Positions 43,190 to 56,500 of a stretch of 64,000 nucleotides of DNA are shown in pieces; position 1 is the first letter of the stretch; every line of letters starts with the position of its first letter. The notes beneath the pieces are model-generated. The model saw only the letters and a list, made by a program, of their open reading frames with translations, ran no database searches and had not been told where the DNA came from. The DNA comes from the human T2T-CHM13v2.0 reference genome, Homo sapiens: NCBI RefSeq assembly GCF_009914755.1, contig NC_060933.1; one strand, 5' to 3'. A program made the translations under genes and the position numbers.

Positions 43190-43352
43190 AGCCCTGCTAC
43201 TCAAATTGTGGCCTATAGACCAAGCAGCATCAGCATCATTTGGGAGCTAGTTAGAAAGAACAGACTGTCAGGCTCCTCCCCAGACCTACTGACTGGAATC
43301 TATATTTTAATGAGATTCACAGGTGATTCATAGCCATTTCAATGCTTGAGGA
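43190..43352. mobile_element. MER5A hAT-Charlie element
   Basis: 'ctactcaaattgtggcc...cagcatcagcatcatttgggagctagttagaaa...ccccagacctactga...caggtgattcat'. Confidence 0.85.
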
Positions 43353-43595
43353 ATGTTCCTCAGCAGCAGCATAATTGGCATTTTGTGCCAGATATTTCAC
43401 TGTATTACGGGGAGCTGTCCTGTGCATTGTAAGATGTGTAGCAGCATCCATGGCGTCTACCCACTAGATGCTAGTAGCATACCTTCCCACTCCAGCCCAA
43501 TGCTGCACTGTGACAACAAAAAAAAATGTCTCCAAACATTGCTAAGTATCACCTGCAGAGGCTGAAAAATCAGGCCTGGTTCAGAAATCCTTGTC
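43353..43595. mobile_element. MER20 hAT-Charlie element
   Basis: 'ctgtcctgtgcattgtaagatgtgtagcagcatcc...ctacccactagatgctagtagca...gtgacaac...aatgtctccaaacattgc'. Confidence 0.88.
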
Positions 43596-46500
43596 TATGT
43601 GAAACTATTTTGTCCTCAAGCATATATCCTCAATATTCTTCAATATAGTTTTCAAGTATTAATTTTACATCTTCAACTAATTAGATCATAAAGTACTCCA
43701 TTATAAATGCTACATCTTTTTCTTCTTAATCTGTTGCATTGGATACCAAGGTGGTTGACTGCAGCAAGGGCCATCCTTGTAGGGGCGTCTCTCCTATTCC
43801 AGATCACTTCCCAAATAAAATATTAGCACAAAAGCCTTTGTTTCAGGCTCTACTATCAAGGAAACACAAACTAAGTTACGCCTATAAAATCTAGAAGAAA
43901 ATAGATACTTTATGCAATAAATGTGTGTCAATTGAGTGATACAGCAAAATACCATTAATTCTAAAGAATCTATGGGTCACTGAAAGGAGAGGTAGTATAT
44001 TTGAGATGTGTTTGTCTCTCCATTAACCATGAAAATAACTAGCATGTGAGTTGCTCAAGTAGTTATTAATTAATATAAAACATTTTAACCTTTATCTCCT
44101 CCTGCTTAAATAATACCTTTGTCACCATTACTACTTCAATATTACAGGCTAACAGGTAGGAAAGAATAAGGTCTGAAACACTTTCTTTGAAATCAAAATA
44201 GTTAATTACTTCCTTGTAATTGGGTGTGAGACAGCAAGCCAGAGCATGGGAAATTTCTAAGCTGGTCACATGAAGGAAATTTTGTCTGGGATTTTCCAAG
44301 GCAAGATTTTCATCACCTTTTCCTTTAAAGGGAAAAAGAGTATAGGAGAATTAATTTCTGCATTAATTTTCCTCCGAGTAACATTTCCTTATGTGACAAT
44401 ACAACTGCCCCCAAGCGTTTCTGCAACACATCCTGAGATTTGTCTGGCTGTGTTCGCCATGGTCACAACTGTTCTTCCATGTGAATTATTGGCACTCTTA
44501 TAATGGAAGCCGGCCCCTAATATTCTGGTTGCACAGTACAGATGGTTAATAGCAAAAGAGGAACAGCCTGAGAAGGAATATAGTGCAATGCCATTTGTTG
44601 GCTTGAAAGAGATACATTATTTAAAATATATAAAAATCATATAATAGCAATATGCCTGTAATCTTAACTTTTTGAGCAATAGAATCCTAACAAAATTTTC
44701 TCACATTTTTGCTTATAACTCCCCAAGAAAAAAATCAGTTAATAAATAGAGATAAACAGAAAAAGAGTTTCAAAATGTTATTTCTGTTGTTGGTTAGTGT
44801 AGTTTATTGGGATTACTGTTCTTACGTTACTTTTAAGATATTTGTCGGAGAAGAGGGGTCCTAGAAGAGGTATTTATCATAAGCTAGCCTAGTTCTAGCC
44901 ACCAATGTAATGCTAATACAAGATGGTAAGGCAGCTGGCAGGCATTGATTCTATTTAAAAGGATAGTCTCAACCTTTTTCCCCGCCGTATTTTATCCACA
45001 GAAACATCTGTCACAGCTGTCAAGGTTCCCCTACCTTAGCAAGTAACTGATCACGGTGATGTGTAAAAAAATGACTTTAAATCACAGCTGTGTCTCAGGA
45101 AAGGTTCATGGGAGATGCAAGGTTCAACTGATAGATCATTTGAACGAAAGTGTGATGGTGTTCAATATCCCAAAGACAGGGAAGGAGCCTGGAAAGTAAT
45201 AAGGCAAAATGTCCCAGCAATTGAAGATTAGATCCAGACCAAAAAGAAGTGTGTGGCCTCAGAAATAACGCAAACGTGGGTAACTGGACAAAAGTGTCCA
45301 ATAAAAGAGCAGGCACAAATAACCTTCAATTGAAGGAGTGGTTTACACTCACAAACCATAATGTTTGTCCATAATCTGGTTATGGGTTAATGGAGCTATT
45401 TCATCAGTCCCTGGCTAAAATTTTTTAAAAATAATAATGAGACCCACATATGGAATATTTCATAGAGATGAATTTATTCTACTCAAAAAAACCTGTTCTT
45501 TATTATGATTTATCCTTTTTTCATCTTTAGTTATATTAGTTAGGGTAAATAATGCTCTAATATTCCCTCTTCTCTGCTGTGACTAAACTAGAATTTTTGT
45601 GCCTTGAGAAAGGCCTATTCTGCATTCTCATCACAGTTCTTGTAGTCAATCTGAGAAAGATAAAAGGGTTGATGACTATGTGCCAAATTTCTTTTCAAAT
45701 TTTACTGTTGCACAAAATCTCAAAATATGGGAAGCGTACTTCTTAAAAAAATTTATATATTTGAAATTTTTCAAGCTGCAATTTTAATTCTATTCTTAAG
45801 TTTAAATTGGCCCTGTACATGTATTCAATACCCTTTAGCTCTTTCATACTTTATTGTTTCCAGACTACTTCTCAAACTCTCTCTAATAACAAAAATGATA
45901 CATAGATCAGGAGACAGAGAAGACTGTGAAATTGTGACTAGGAGCCAATCCATTGCTTTGGCCATTTCTACCCTGAGTCTCTGTTATTTATGCATGTTAA
46001 CAAATTTGCTGGATCAGGAAATAAGCATCCTGGTGGAGAATTCAGTGAAGATGTGACTTCATTAAGTAACAGAGGTCTGAAGAACAAATAAAAAAGGCAA
46101 GAATAATGAGGAAGCAGTAGGAACAAAAAGAACATATGAGAACGGTACTGCTTAAATCAATAGGTTCTCAGCTTAAGTACTTCTTTTGGCTCGAACACAC
46201 ACATCCAAAATAGATGCAGGTTAAGTAGAGAAGCCTTTCCATAGCATGCCTAATTTCCTTTCATGGAACTGGCAGCCTAAATTAATGCCTATTGCAGTAA
46301 GGAGACCTCACTCAAAGTTCTAGCACCAAAGTATAAAAGTTTGTATATTAGTAATATTTCTTTTTCTGACTGATTCTATTTTTTAATTGAAAAACAGATA
46401 ATATTGCTACCCTTTCCCATTTTTATTGTGTTGTCATTGGGGGCTAGATTTTTGTATGCTCTTGAAAAGACAAAAACATTATTGGAGCATCAAATATAGA

Positions 46501-46995
46501 CCAAGCAGTGCTTGAGGGCATTTGAAAGCTATTATCTTCATTTTAAAGATAAGGAAATAAAATCTTAGAAATGTTATTTAAACTGAAACTGTGTATATAA
46601 CACAGCAAGGACTTAATTAAGTGAGAGATGGAAGTGAGTGGATCACTTAGACGATCATTTGGATCACTTAGATAAAGTCGGCCTTGGTACTACCCCATAC
46701 TGAATGAAGCACTGAAAGCTCATATGTTCACTTGAGGAACCAGATTTTTACTACTATTGTAATTTAAGTGGTCTCCCCCCACCAACTTTGGAGCACTATC
46801 AATCCAAATAATGATCTATAATAACACATACAAGGTCCTATTAACTCTAACATTTATCAAGATGTCAAAAAGAATGAGAATGAGTGAAACTATACTCTGG
46901 AGAGAGAATAAACATGGCTATGATTATTAGTTTTAGAACTAAATAATATGTTATAAATCACAAATTGCATATATTATAGTTTTGTCATTAACTTC

Positions 46996-47395
46996 TGTAT
47001 TAATTAGGCACTAGTTCCACTGCTGTAACAGAGAGACCAAGAATAATAGAACACAGAGTTTATTTCTTTGTCACACAAAAAGGAGGTAAGCAGACTTCTA
47101 TCTAGTTGCTCCACCATCCTCAATGCTTGGCTCTTCCTGGTGGTCCAACATGTCTGCTCCAGATCCCATTATTACATATTCATTCTAATCTGGAGAAGGG
47201 AAGTGAATCCCCCTATTTTCAAGCACAACAGGAAACTTTCACATTTTTCTTCCGTTAACACTCCATTAGCCAGACCTTAGTCACACAATCCCATATACCT
47301 CCAAAGACGGATGAGAAATCGAGTATTTAATCAGGTGTCCAGTCCATGTGCCTAGCTAAAATTCTATTATGGAAGAATGGATGTTTTGCTACAAC
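46996..47395 (-). mobile_element. MaLR LTR, MLT1J-like
   Basis: 'ctgctgtaacagagagacc', 'gtttatttct', 'ccattagccagaccttagtcaca'. Confidence 0.65.
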
Positions 47396-47405
47396 TGTCC
47401 ATTCT

Positions 47406-47406
<1 letters not shown>

Positions 47407-47442
<36 letters not shown>
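47407..47442. repeat. (AC)18 microsatellite
   Basis: Read directly from the sequence. Confidence 0.95.
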
Positions 47443-47444
<2 letters not shown>

Positions 47445-47931
47445 AAATCCTTAGCTGTTGTTGTTAAGGAAATTGTTTTGGGTTTGATCTGGTTGATATT
47501 CTGTTGTACTATTGTTTTAAGAGTTGAGAATTAAAAGTTACTCCCTAATATCTCTTAATTTGCTGGTTACATAAAATACTCTTCCTTTGTCAGCAATTGC
47601 TGAAAATCTTGTCCTTAAATGGTTATCCATGTTATTATAAAGAATTACATAGGAATGTCCTCTCTTTATTTACATATCTATGCTGTGCTTTCTCTGCTTT
47701 CAGTACTCTGATAATTTCTGCTGCCCTTCAGTAAGAGAAAATATTGATAGCTTTTCAAAGAGCAACATATATATATTGGATGTGAAGACTTACCTCTTGC
47801 ATAAAAGTCACAAGAGTTATAATACCCTCCTGTATTTACTATCAACTTGTCCCTCTAAATGACATTATCAAACATTCTAACTCTCTGTTGTGCAAAGAAG
47901 CACTATTTATAAATTATACAACATCCTATAG

Positions 47932-48241
<310 letters not shown>

Positions 48242-51200
48242 TGTGACAAACGTTTGAGTGCATGGGTCCTTTTGGTAGAACGACTTGTTTTCTGTTGAGT
48301 ATATATCCAGTCATGGGATTGCTGAGTCCAATGGTAGTTGAAGTCTTAGTTTTTTGAGAAATCTCCAAACTGCTCTCCACAATGCTAATTTACATTCCCA
48401 CCAACAGTGCCTAAATGTCCTTTTTCTCAGAAGCCTCATCAACATGTTATTTTTTTACTTTTTAACAAAGCCGTTTTGACTGGTGTCTCATTATGGATTT
48501 GATTTGCATTTCTCTGATGATTAGCAATGATAAAAAAAAGTCTTATATGTTTGTTGGTTGTTTACACACCTTCTTTTGAGAAGTGTCTGTTCATAACCTT
48601 TGCCCACTTTTAAATGGGGTTGTTTTTTGCTTGTAAATTAAAGTTACTTATAGATTCTGGATATTAGACCTTTGTCAAATGCATAGTTTGCAAATATTTT
48701 CCCTATTCTTTAGGTTGCCTGTTTAATCCCTTGATAGTCTCCTGCTGTGCAGAAGCTCCTTAATTAGTTTCTACTTATCAATTTTTGTTTTTGTCATAAT
48801 TCCTTTTGAGGACATAGTCACAAATTATTTGCCAAGGCCAGTGTACAAAATGGTATTTCCTAGGTTTTCTTCTCGGAATTTTATAGTGTGAGGTCTTATA
48901 TTTAAGTCTTTAATCCTTTTTTATTTAATTTTTCTATATGGTGAGGTAGGGGTCCAGTTTCATTCCTCTGCATACAGATAGCCAGTTGTCCCAGTACTAT
49001 TTATTGAATATGGAGCCACTGCCCTATTGCTTATTTTTGTCAAGTTGGTAAAAGATCAGATGATTGTGGGTGTGCAGCTTTATTTCTGGCTTCTATATTC
49101 TGTCTCATTGGCCTATGAGTCTGTTTTTGTACCAGTTCATGCTGCTTTGCTTACTGTAGCCTTGTAGTATAGTTTGAAGTCAGGTAACATGATGCTTCCA
49201 GCTTTGTACTTTTTGCTTAGAACTGCTTTGGCTATTAGGGTTTTTAATTCATATGAATTTTGGAATAGATTTTTCTAATTTGCTGAAAAATAATTTGGTG
49301 GTTTGATAGAAATAGCATAGAATCTAGAAGTTACTTTGAGCAATATGGCCATTTTAATGCTTTTGATTCTTTCAATTTGTAAGCATGTAATATTTTTCAT
49401 TTATTTGAGTTGTCTCTGATTTATTTCAGCAGTGTTTTATACTTCTCCTTGTAGAGATCTTTCACCTCCTTGATTAGATGTATTCCTAGGTATCTTATTC
49501 TCTTTGTGGCTATTTTAACTGGGATTGAATTATTATTGATTTGGCTTTCAGCGTGAACATTATTAGTGTATAGAAACGATATTGACTTTTATATATTGAT
49601 TTTGTATCCTGAAACTTTACTGAACTTTGTTTATCAGGTATAGGAGCCTTTTGGCAGAGTCTTCAGGCTTTTGGGGTTATAGAATCATGTTATCAGCAAA
49701 GAAAGATAGTTTGACTTATCTTCCTATTTGGATGTGTTTTATTTCTTTTTGTTTATCAGTTCTAGGCGACTTTTGGCAGAGCCTTTAGGGTTTTTTGGGT
49801 ATAGGGTCACGTCATCAACAAAGAAAGATAGCTTGACTTATTTTCCTATTTGGGTGTGTTTTATTTCTTTTTCTTGCCTGATTGCTCTGGCTAGGACTTC
49901 CAGTACTATGTTAAATAGGAGTGGTGAAAGTGAGCATCCTGGTCTTGCTCCATTTCTCAATGTGTGTGATATGGTTTGCTGTGTCCACACCCAAATCTCA
50001 TCCTGAATTGTAGTTCCCATAATCCCCATGTGTGGTGGGAGGGAAATTCAATCATGGGGGAAGTTTCCCCCATGCTATTCTTGTAAGTTCTCACAAGATC
50101 TGATGGTTTTATAAGAGGCTTCCACCTTTGCTCAGTTCTCATTCTTCTCCTTCCTACCATCATGTGAAGAAGGACGTGTTTGCTTCTCCATCTGCCATCG
50201 TAAGTTTCCTGAGGCCTCCCCAGCTCTACAGAATGATGAGTCAATAAAACCTCTCTCCTTTATAAATTACCCAGTCTCAGGTAGTAGGGTGCTGCTGTAA
50301 AGATACCTGAAAATGTGGAAGCAACTTTGGAACTGGGTAACAGGCAGAGGTTGGAACAGTTTGGAGGGCTCAGAAGAAGACAGTAAGATGTGGGAAAGCT
50401 TGGAATTTCCTAGGGGCTTGTTGAATGGCTTTGATCAAAATGCTGATAGTGATACAGACAATGATGTCTAGGCTGAGGTGGTCTCAGATGGAGATGAGGA
50501 ACTTCTTGGGAAGTGGAATACAGGTGACCCTTGCTATGTTTTACCAAAAAGACTGGCAGCATTTTATCTTTACCCTAGAGATCTGTAGAACTTTGAACTT
50601 GAGAGAGATGATTTAGGGTATCCGGAGGAAGAAATTTCCAAGCAGCAAAGCATTCAAGACACGATTTGGATGCTGTTAAAAGCATTCAGTTTTATGCATT
50701 CACAAAGACATGGTTTGGAACTGGAACTTAAGTTTAAAAGAAAAGCAGAGCATGAAGGTTTGGAAAATTTGCAGCCTGACAATGCAATAGAAAATAAAAA
50801 CTCATTTTTCTGGGGAGAAATTTAAGCCAGCTGCAGAAATTTGCATAAGTAACAAAGAGCCAAATGTTAATCACCAAGACTATGTGGAAAATGTCCCCAG
50901 GGCATGTCAGAGACCTTCACAGCAGCCCCTCCTATCACAGGCCTGGGATGTGGAGGACAAAATGGTTTCATGAGCCGAGGCTCAGGGCCCCCCTGCTTGA
51001 TGTAGCCTTGGGACATGGTGCCCTTCCTCCGAGTGCTTCAGCTCTAGCAGTGGCTAAGAGGGGCCAATGTACAGCTCAGGTCATTGCTTCAGAGGGTGCA
51101 AACCCCAAGCCTTGGTGGCTTACATATAGCGTTGGGCTTGTGGGTCTGCACAGAAGTCAAGAATTGAGGTTTGGGAACCTTCACTTAGATTTCAGAGGAT

Positions 51201-54200
51201 GTTTGGAAACACCTAGATATCCAAGCAGAAGTTTACTGCAGAGATGGAGTCCTCATGGAAAACCTCTGCTAGGGCAGTGTGGAAGGGAAATATGGGGTTG
51301 GAGCCCCCACACAGAGTCATCAATGGAGCACTCTCTAGAGGAACTGTGAGAAGGTGGTTACCATGAAAGTAGCCTGGAGGGGGGCTGTGCCCTGCAAAGT
51401 CACAGGGGTGGAGCTGCCCAAGGCCATGGAAGCCCACCTCTTTCCTCAGCATGACCTGGATGTGAGACATGGAGTCAAAGGAGAATATTTCAGAGCTTTA
51501 AGATTTAATTACTGCCTCATTGGATTTTGGACTTGCATGTGGCCTGTAGCCCCACTGTCTTGGCCAATTTCTCCCATTAGGAATGGGTGTATTTACGCAG
51601 TGCCTGTGCCGCCACTGTATTTAGAAAGTAACTAACTTGCTTTTGATTTTACAGGCTCATAAGCTGAAGGGACTTGCCTTGTCTCAGATGAGACTTTGGA
51701 CTTGGACTTTTGAGTTAATGCTGGAATGAGTTAAGAGTTTGGGGGATGGTTGGAAGGGCATGATTGTGTTTTGAAATGTGAGGACTTGAGATTTGAGAGG
51801 GGCCCGGGGTGGAATAATAAGGTTTGGCTGTGTCCCCACCCAAATCTCATCTTGAATTGTAGTTCCCATAATCCCCATGTATGGTGGCAGGGACCAAGTG
51901 GAAGGTAACTGAATCACTGGGTGGTTTCCCTCATGCTCTTCCCATGATAGTAAGTTCTCACATGATCTGATGGCTTTACAAGGGTCTTCCCGTTTCTCTC
52001 AGCTCTCATTCTTCTCCTTCCTGCCATCATGTGAAAAAGGACATGTTTTCTTCCCCTTCTGCCGTAATTGTAAATTTCCTGGGCCACGTCAGTCCTGTGG
52101 AACTGTGAGTCAATTAAACCTCTTTCCTTTAGGAATTACCCAGTCTCAGGTATGTCTTTATCAGCAGCATGAAAACTGACTAACAAGAGTGTGGTTACAG
52201 CTTTTGTCTATCCAGTATGACGTTGGCTAAGGGTTTGTCATAAATGGCTCTTATTGTTTTGAGGTATGTTACTTCAGTGCCTAGTTTGTTGAGGGTTTTT
52301 ATCATAAAGGAATGTTGGGTTTTATTGAAAGCTTTTAATGTATCTATTGAGATGATCATATGGTTTTTGTTTTTAATTATGTTTATATGGCAAATCACAC
52401 TTATTGATTTACATATGTTAAAACCACCTTGCATTCTGAGAATAAAGCCTACCTGTTTATGATGAATTAACTTTTTGTGTGCTGCTGAATTTGGTTTACT
52501 ATTATTTTGTTAAGGATTTTTGCATCTATGTTCATCAGAGATACTGGCCTGAAGTTTCTTTTTTCATTGTGTCTCTGCCAGATTTTGGTATCAAGATAAT
52601 GCGGGTTTCATAGAATGAGTTAGGGATGACTCCCACATCCTTGATTTTTTGGAAAAGTTTCCATAGGATTAGTAACAGCTCTTGTCCTTCTGGTAGAATT
52701 CAGTCATAAATACATCTGGTCCAGAGTTTTTGTTGGTTGCTAGGATTTTTATTCATGATTCAATTGCAGAACTCATTATTAGTCTGTTCAGGTTTTCCCT
52801 TTCTTCCTTGAAAGCCTGTGTGTTTCCAAATGGTCAGTTGTTGAGTTCAAGTCCAGAATTTCTTTGTTAGTCTTCAGCCTTGATGATCTGTCTAATGCTG
52901 TCAGTAGGGTGTTGAAGCCTCCCCCTATTATTGTTGTTTGGCTAAGACTTTTTTGGGTTCAAGAAGAATTTGTTTTATGAATCCAGGTGCTCTAGTGTTG
53001 GGTGCATATATATTTAGGATAGTTAAGTCTTCTTGTTGAAGTGAGGCCTTTATCATTACATAATGCCTTTCTTTGTCCTTGATTGTTGTTGGCTTAAAGT
53101 CTACTTTATCTGATATAAGAATAGCAGCCCCTGCTCTTTTCTGTTTTCCATTTGCATAATATATATATCTTTCTTCGTCCCTTTATTTTAAGCCTGTGGG
53201 TGGCATTACATGTGAGATGGGTCTCTTGAAGACAGCATTTGGCTTGTCTTTCTATACAGCTTGCCACTCTGTGTTTTTTAAGTGGGGTGTTTAGACCATT
53301 TACACTAAAGGTTAATATTGGTATGTAAGACTTTGATCCTGTCATCATGTTGTTAGCTGGTTTTGAAGACTTGATTGTGTAGTTGCTGTATAATGTCTGT
53401 GGGCTATGTGCTTAAGTGTGATTTTTACAATACGGTAGCAGGTATTGTTATTTCATTTCCATATTTAGCACTCCCTCAAAAGCCTTTTGTAAGGCTGTTC
53501 TAGTGGCAACAAATTCCCTTAGCATTTGCTTGCCTTAAAAGGATTTTATTTCTCCTTCGCTTATGAAGCTTAGTTTGGCTGGATATGAAATTCTTGGTTG
53601 GATTTTTTTTTTTCTTCATGTGGCCCCCAATCTCTTCTGGCTTGTAAGATTTCTGCTGTGAAGTCTGCTGCTAGTCTGATGGGGTTCCCTTTATAAGTGA
53701 CCTGACACCTCTCTGGCTGCCTTTAATATTTTTTTCTTTCATGTTCACCTTGCTAAATCTGATGACTATGCATCTTTGGGATGGTTGTCTTATATAATAT
53801 TCTAAAAGGGTACTCTGTTATTTCTTAAACTTGCATGTCAACCTCTAAAAAGATTGGGGAATTTTTCACAGGCTGTATCCTCAATATGTTTTCCAAGTTG
53901 CTTACTCTCCCTCTTCTCTCAAAAATGACAATAAGTTGTACTATTGGCATCTTTAAATAATCCCATATTGTTCTGAGGTTTTCTTCATTTCAAAAAATAT
54001 TTTTCTTTATTTTTGTGTGAATGAGTTGATTCAAAGGACTGTTCTTCAAGCTCTGAGAGTCTTTCTTCAGCTTGGTCTATTCTGCTGTTACTGCTTCCAA
54101 CTCTATTATGAAATTCTTATACTGAATTTTTTAATTCTAGAAGTTCCATTTGATTCTTAAAAGGGCTATTTTGTCTTTCAACTCTTGGATCATTTTACTG

Positions 54201-55590
54201 GATTCCTTGGATTGGGTGTCAACTTTCTCCTGAATCGCAATAAGTTTCTTTGCCACCCAGATTCCAAATTCTATGTCTAGCAATCATTTCAGTCATTTCA
54301 ATCTGGTTTAGAACCATTGCTGGGGAGCTAGTATGCTCATCTGGAGGTAAGGGAACATGGACTTTTTGAATGGCCAGAGTTCTTATGCTGATTATTTCTC
54401 ATCTGAGAGGGCTGGTGCTCTTTTAATTTTTTGAATTTGATGTTGTTTGCATGTGGTTTTTTGTTTTTATATTCTTTGTTTCCTTTGAGGGTTTAACTCT
54501 GGTGTAAGTTGAGTATAGGTGATTGGCTTCATTTCTGGAGGGCCAAGCCTTTGTATGAGATCTTTATTTGGGCTAGATCATTGTCCTGGGTTTCACGGAG
54601 GATGTATACTGGGAGAATATTTTTGGTGTTGTAATTTGGGCTACAGTCCAGTAGATAGTGCTTAAGAGTAATGACTGGCAGATGGTCTCTTAGCTGTGTG
54701 GCTCTTTTGTATTTAAGTGTGTTCACAGCAGTGCTCTATAGTAGGGGTGGGAGAGAGATGACACCCTCACCAGGTCAGTTTCCAGGCCTTAAGGGACACT
54801 CTGCTGGTTACTGATGCCATGCCCACATTTCCTTTGTTCGGTGTTCTAGACTGTGGGGCTCCCTCAGGAGGAGGCTATAGCTGGCAGATAGGCCTCATAC
54901 TTCCCGGACAGCCCTACAGAGGGAAACAGGATCCACTCCAGCACCAGCCAAGAAACCTACATCTCACTCTTCTCAGTGTTCTGAGATTTGGGACTCCTCC
55001 CCTGCTCAAGTGCCAGCCAAAGAACTCAGCTTGGCACTCCTGAGCTATGTGCTGCAACCCTGTGGCATTGGGACCTGCCAGGGGCTTTGTCCTCTAGCCC
55101 TTCAGGGTCAGCCACTGGCTCTGCTGGGGGAACCGAAGTGCTCCCAGGTTGCCAACAAAGCACTCAGGCTGGGGGCAGTGGAAGTTGTGCTGTGTACATG
55201 CTCTTGTGGGAGTGCTGGGCAAGGGCCTTGGGAAGGGCTGGCAGATGGGGGAGATGCAGAACAGACTGGACACACCCTAGTCCCATGGTAAAGATGGACC
55301 TGCTCCTTACTGGCCCAGCAGTCAGCTGGGGTTAGAGCTACTTGAAGGAAGATAGATAGCCTTGGGGAATGGGTGCCTATGGCTGCGTTTGCTGCAGCTG
55401 CCCCATGCACCACATAATCTGGGTTCCTTGCAAGCAGGAGCTCTGTCTCTATCTACTCTCCAAGTAGATCCCCCTGTCAATTCAAATGCCTGTCAGGGTC
55501 ATGTAGCTAGGATTCCAGAGGTCCCTGGCAAGAATGGGTTGTCCTGCAGTGACTTCACTCACCCCTTCCTTAGGAGCTGTTCAGGGCTGG
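48242..55590 (-). mobile_element. L1PA15/16-like LINE-1, lacking its 3' end, internally deleted and interrupted by THE1
   Basis: Reverse ORF2 fragments (49838-50029 in part, 52195-52434, 53106-53348 'TGSKSYIPILTFSVNGLNTPLK'), ORF1 region about 53400-54450, GC-richer 5' UTR to about 55590. Jump within ORF2 near 52830. Confidence 0.88.
49967..52188 (+). mobile_element. THE1 (THE1D-like) MaLR provirus: LTR-internal-LTR
   Basis: 5' LTR 49967 to about 50285 ('tgatatggtttg...ccaaatctcatc'), THE1-int ('gaaaatgtggaagcaactttggaactgggtaacaggcagagg'), 3' LTR about 51815-52188. 5-bp TSD gtgtg at 49962-49966 and 52189-52193. Confidence 0.93.
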
Positions 55591-55633
55591 GTTTGTTTTC
55601 TTATTGTTAAGTTTTAAGAGTATGTGTATAGGG

Positions 55634-55664
<31 letters not shown>

Positions 55665-56200
55665 CACACACATATATACGCATATATATATACGCGTATA
55701 TACATATATGCACACATATATACACGTATACGTGTATATACATATATACGTGTATACGTGTATATACATATATGCACATATATACATATCTATACATATA
55801 TACACACATATATACATGTCTATGCATATATACACATATATATATCTCAGAGAAGACATATAGAGAAGTCATATAGAAAGACACAAGATAGATTTTATAT
55901 ATGTGCGTGTATATATATATATACACACATATAAAATCTTCTCATTCTCTTGAAAATGTGTTTTGTAGACCAGAAGGTTTTAATTTTAATAAAGTTCAAC
56001 TTATTATTTCTCTTGTGGATCATGCCTTTGGCGTTATAGCTAAAAAGCCATCACCAAACTCAAGGTCTGTATTTTCCCCTGCATTATCTTCTAGGAGGTT
56101 TATCATTTTGTGTTCAGTATTACAGTTTTGTATATAGGTATTTGATCCATTTTAAGTTACTTTTTGTAAAGTTTAAGGTCTGTGTTTAGATTCATTTTTT
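55591..56200 (-). mobile_element. Older L1 (L1MC-like) ORF2 fragment that hosted the L1PA15/16 insertion
   Basis: 'gtttgttttcttattgttaagttttaagag', 'gatcatgcctttggcgttatagctaaaaagccatcaccaaactcaagg'. Confidence 0.75.
55621..55932. repeat. Alternating purine-pyrimidine (TA/CA/TG/CG) compound repeat
   Basis: About 220 bp of nearly unbroken RY alternation (55634-55845) plus a second tract at about 55897-55932. Confidence 0.92.
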
Positions 56201-56204
56201 TAAC

Positions 56205-56335
56205 TGTAACTCAGGAATAGCCAAAGGGAAGAGATATATAGGGCAAGGTATACGGCCTGGGGTGGTATGGATCTTCCATGCCCTCTCAGGGCATGCCATC
56301 TTCCTAGCACCGTGATGTGTTGACCAACTCAGAAA
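56205..56335 (-). mobile_element. MER21-like LTR fragment
   Basis: 'aagagatatatagggcaaggtat...cttccatgccctctc...tgtgttgaccaac'. Confidence 0.6.
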
Positions 56336-56344
56336 TTTCATTCT

Positions 56345-56500
56345 GTATTTTTTTTAACTTCTTAAGAATTGTTCATCTTTCCTCCTCCCACCCCAATAAC
56401 ATATAAGCTTTAATAGGGTAGGAGATTTTTGCCTGTTTTGTTCAACATTATACCCCCAGTGCCTGACACATATTTAAAAATGAATAAATACTAGTTAATG
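56345..56500 (+). mobile_element. L2 3' end
   Basis: 'ttttgcctgttttgttcaacattatacccccagtgcctgacacat'. Confidence 0.65.

Noticed and set aside
46639-46672. 13-bp direct repeat tggatcacttaga (similar short pairs at 516-550 and about 13463-13484)
   Set aside because: These are ordinary short duplications with no sign of function or of a TSD-flanked insert.
50864-51635. 161-aa and neighbouring ORFs
   Set aside because: They lie within the decayed THE1 internal region.
54780-55590. GC-rich block with several ORFs resembling a promoter or first exon
   Set aside because: It is the reverse-strand 5' UTR of the L1PA15/16-like element and is CpG-depleted.
55570-55934. Several overlapping Tyr/Ile/His/Thr-rich ORFs (also 1501-1802 and 63339-63713)
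   Set aside because: They are translations of stop-poor dinucleotide repeats.
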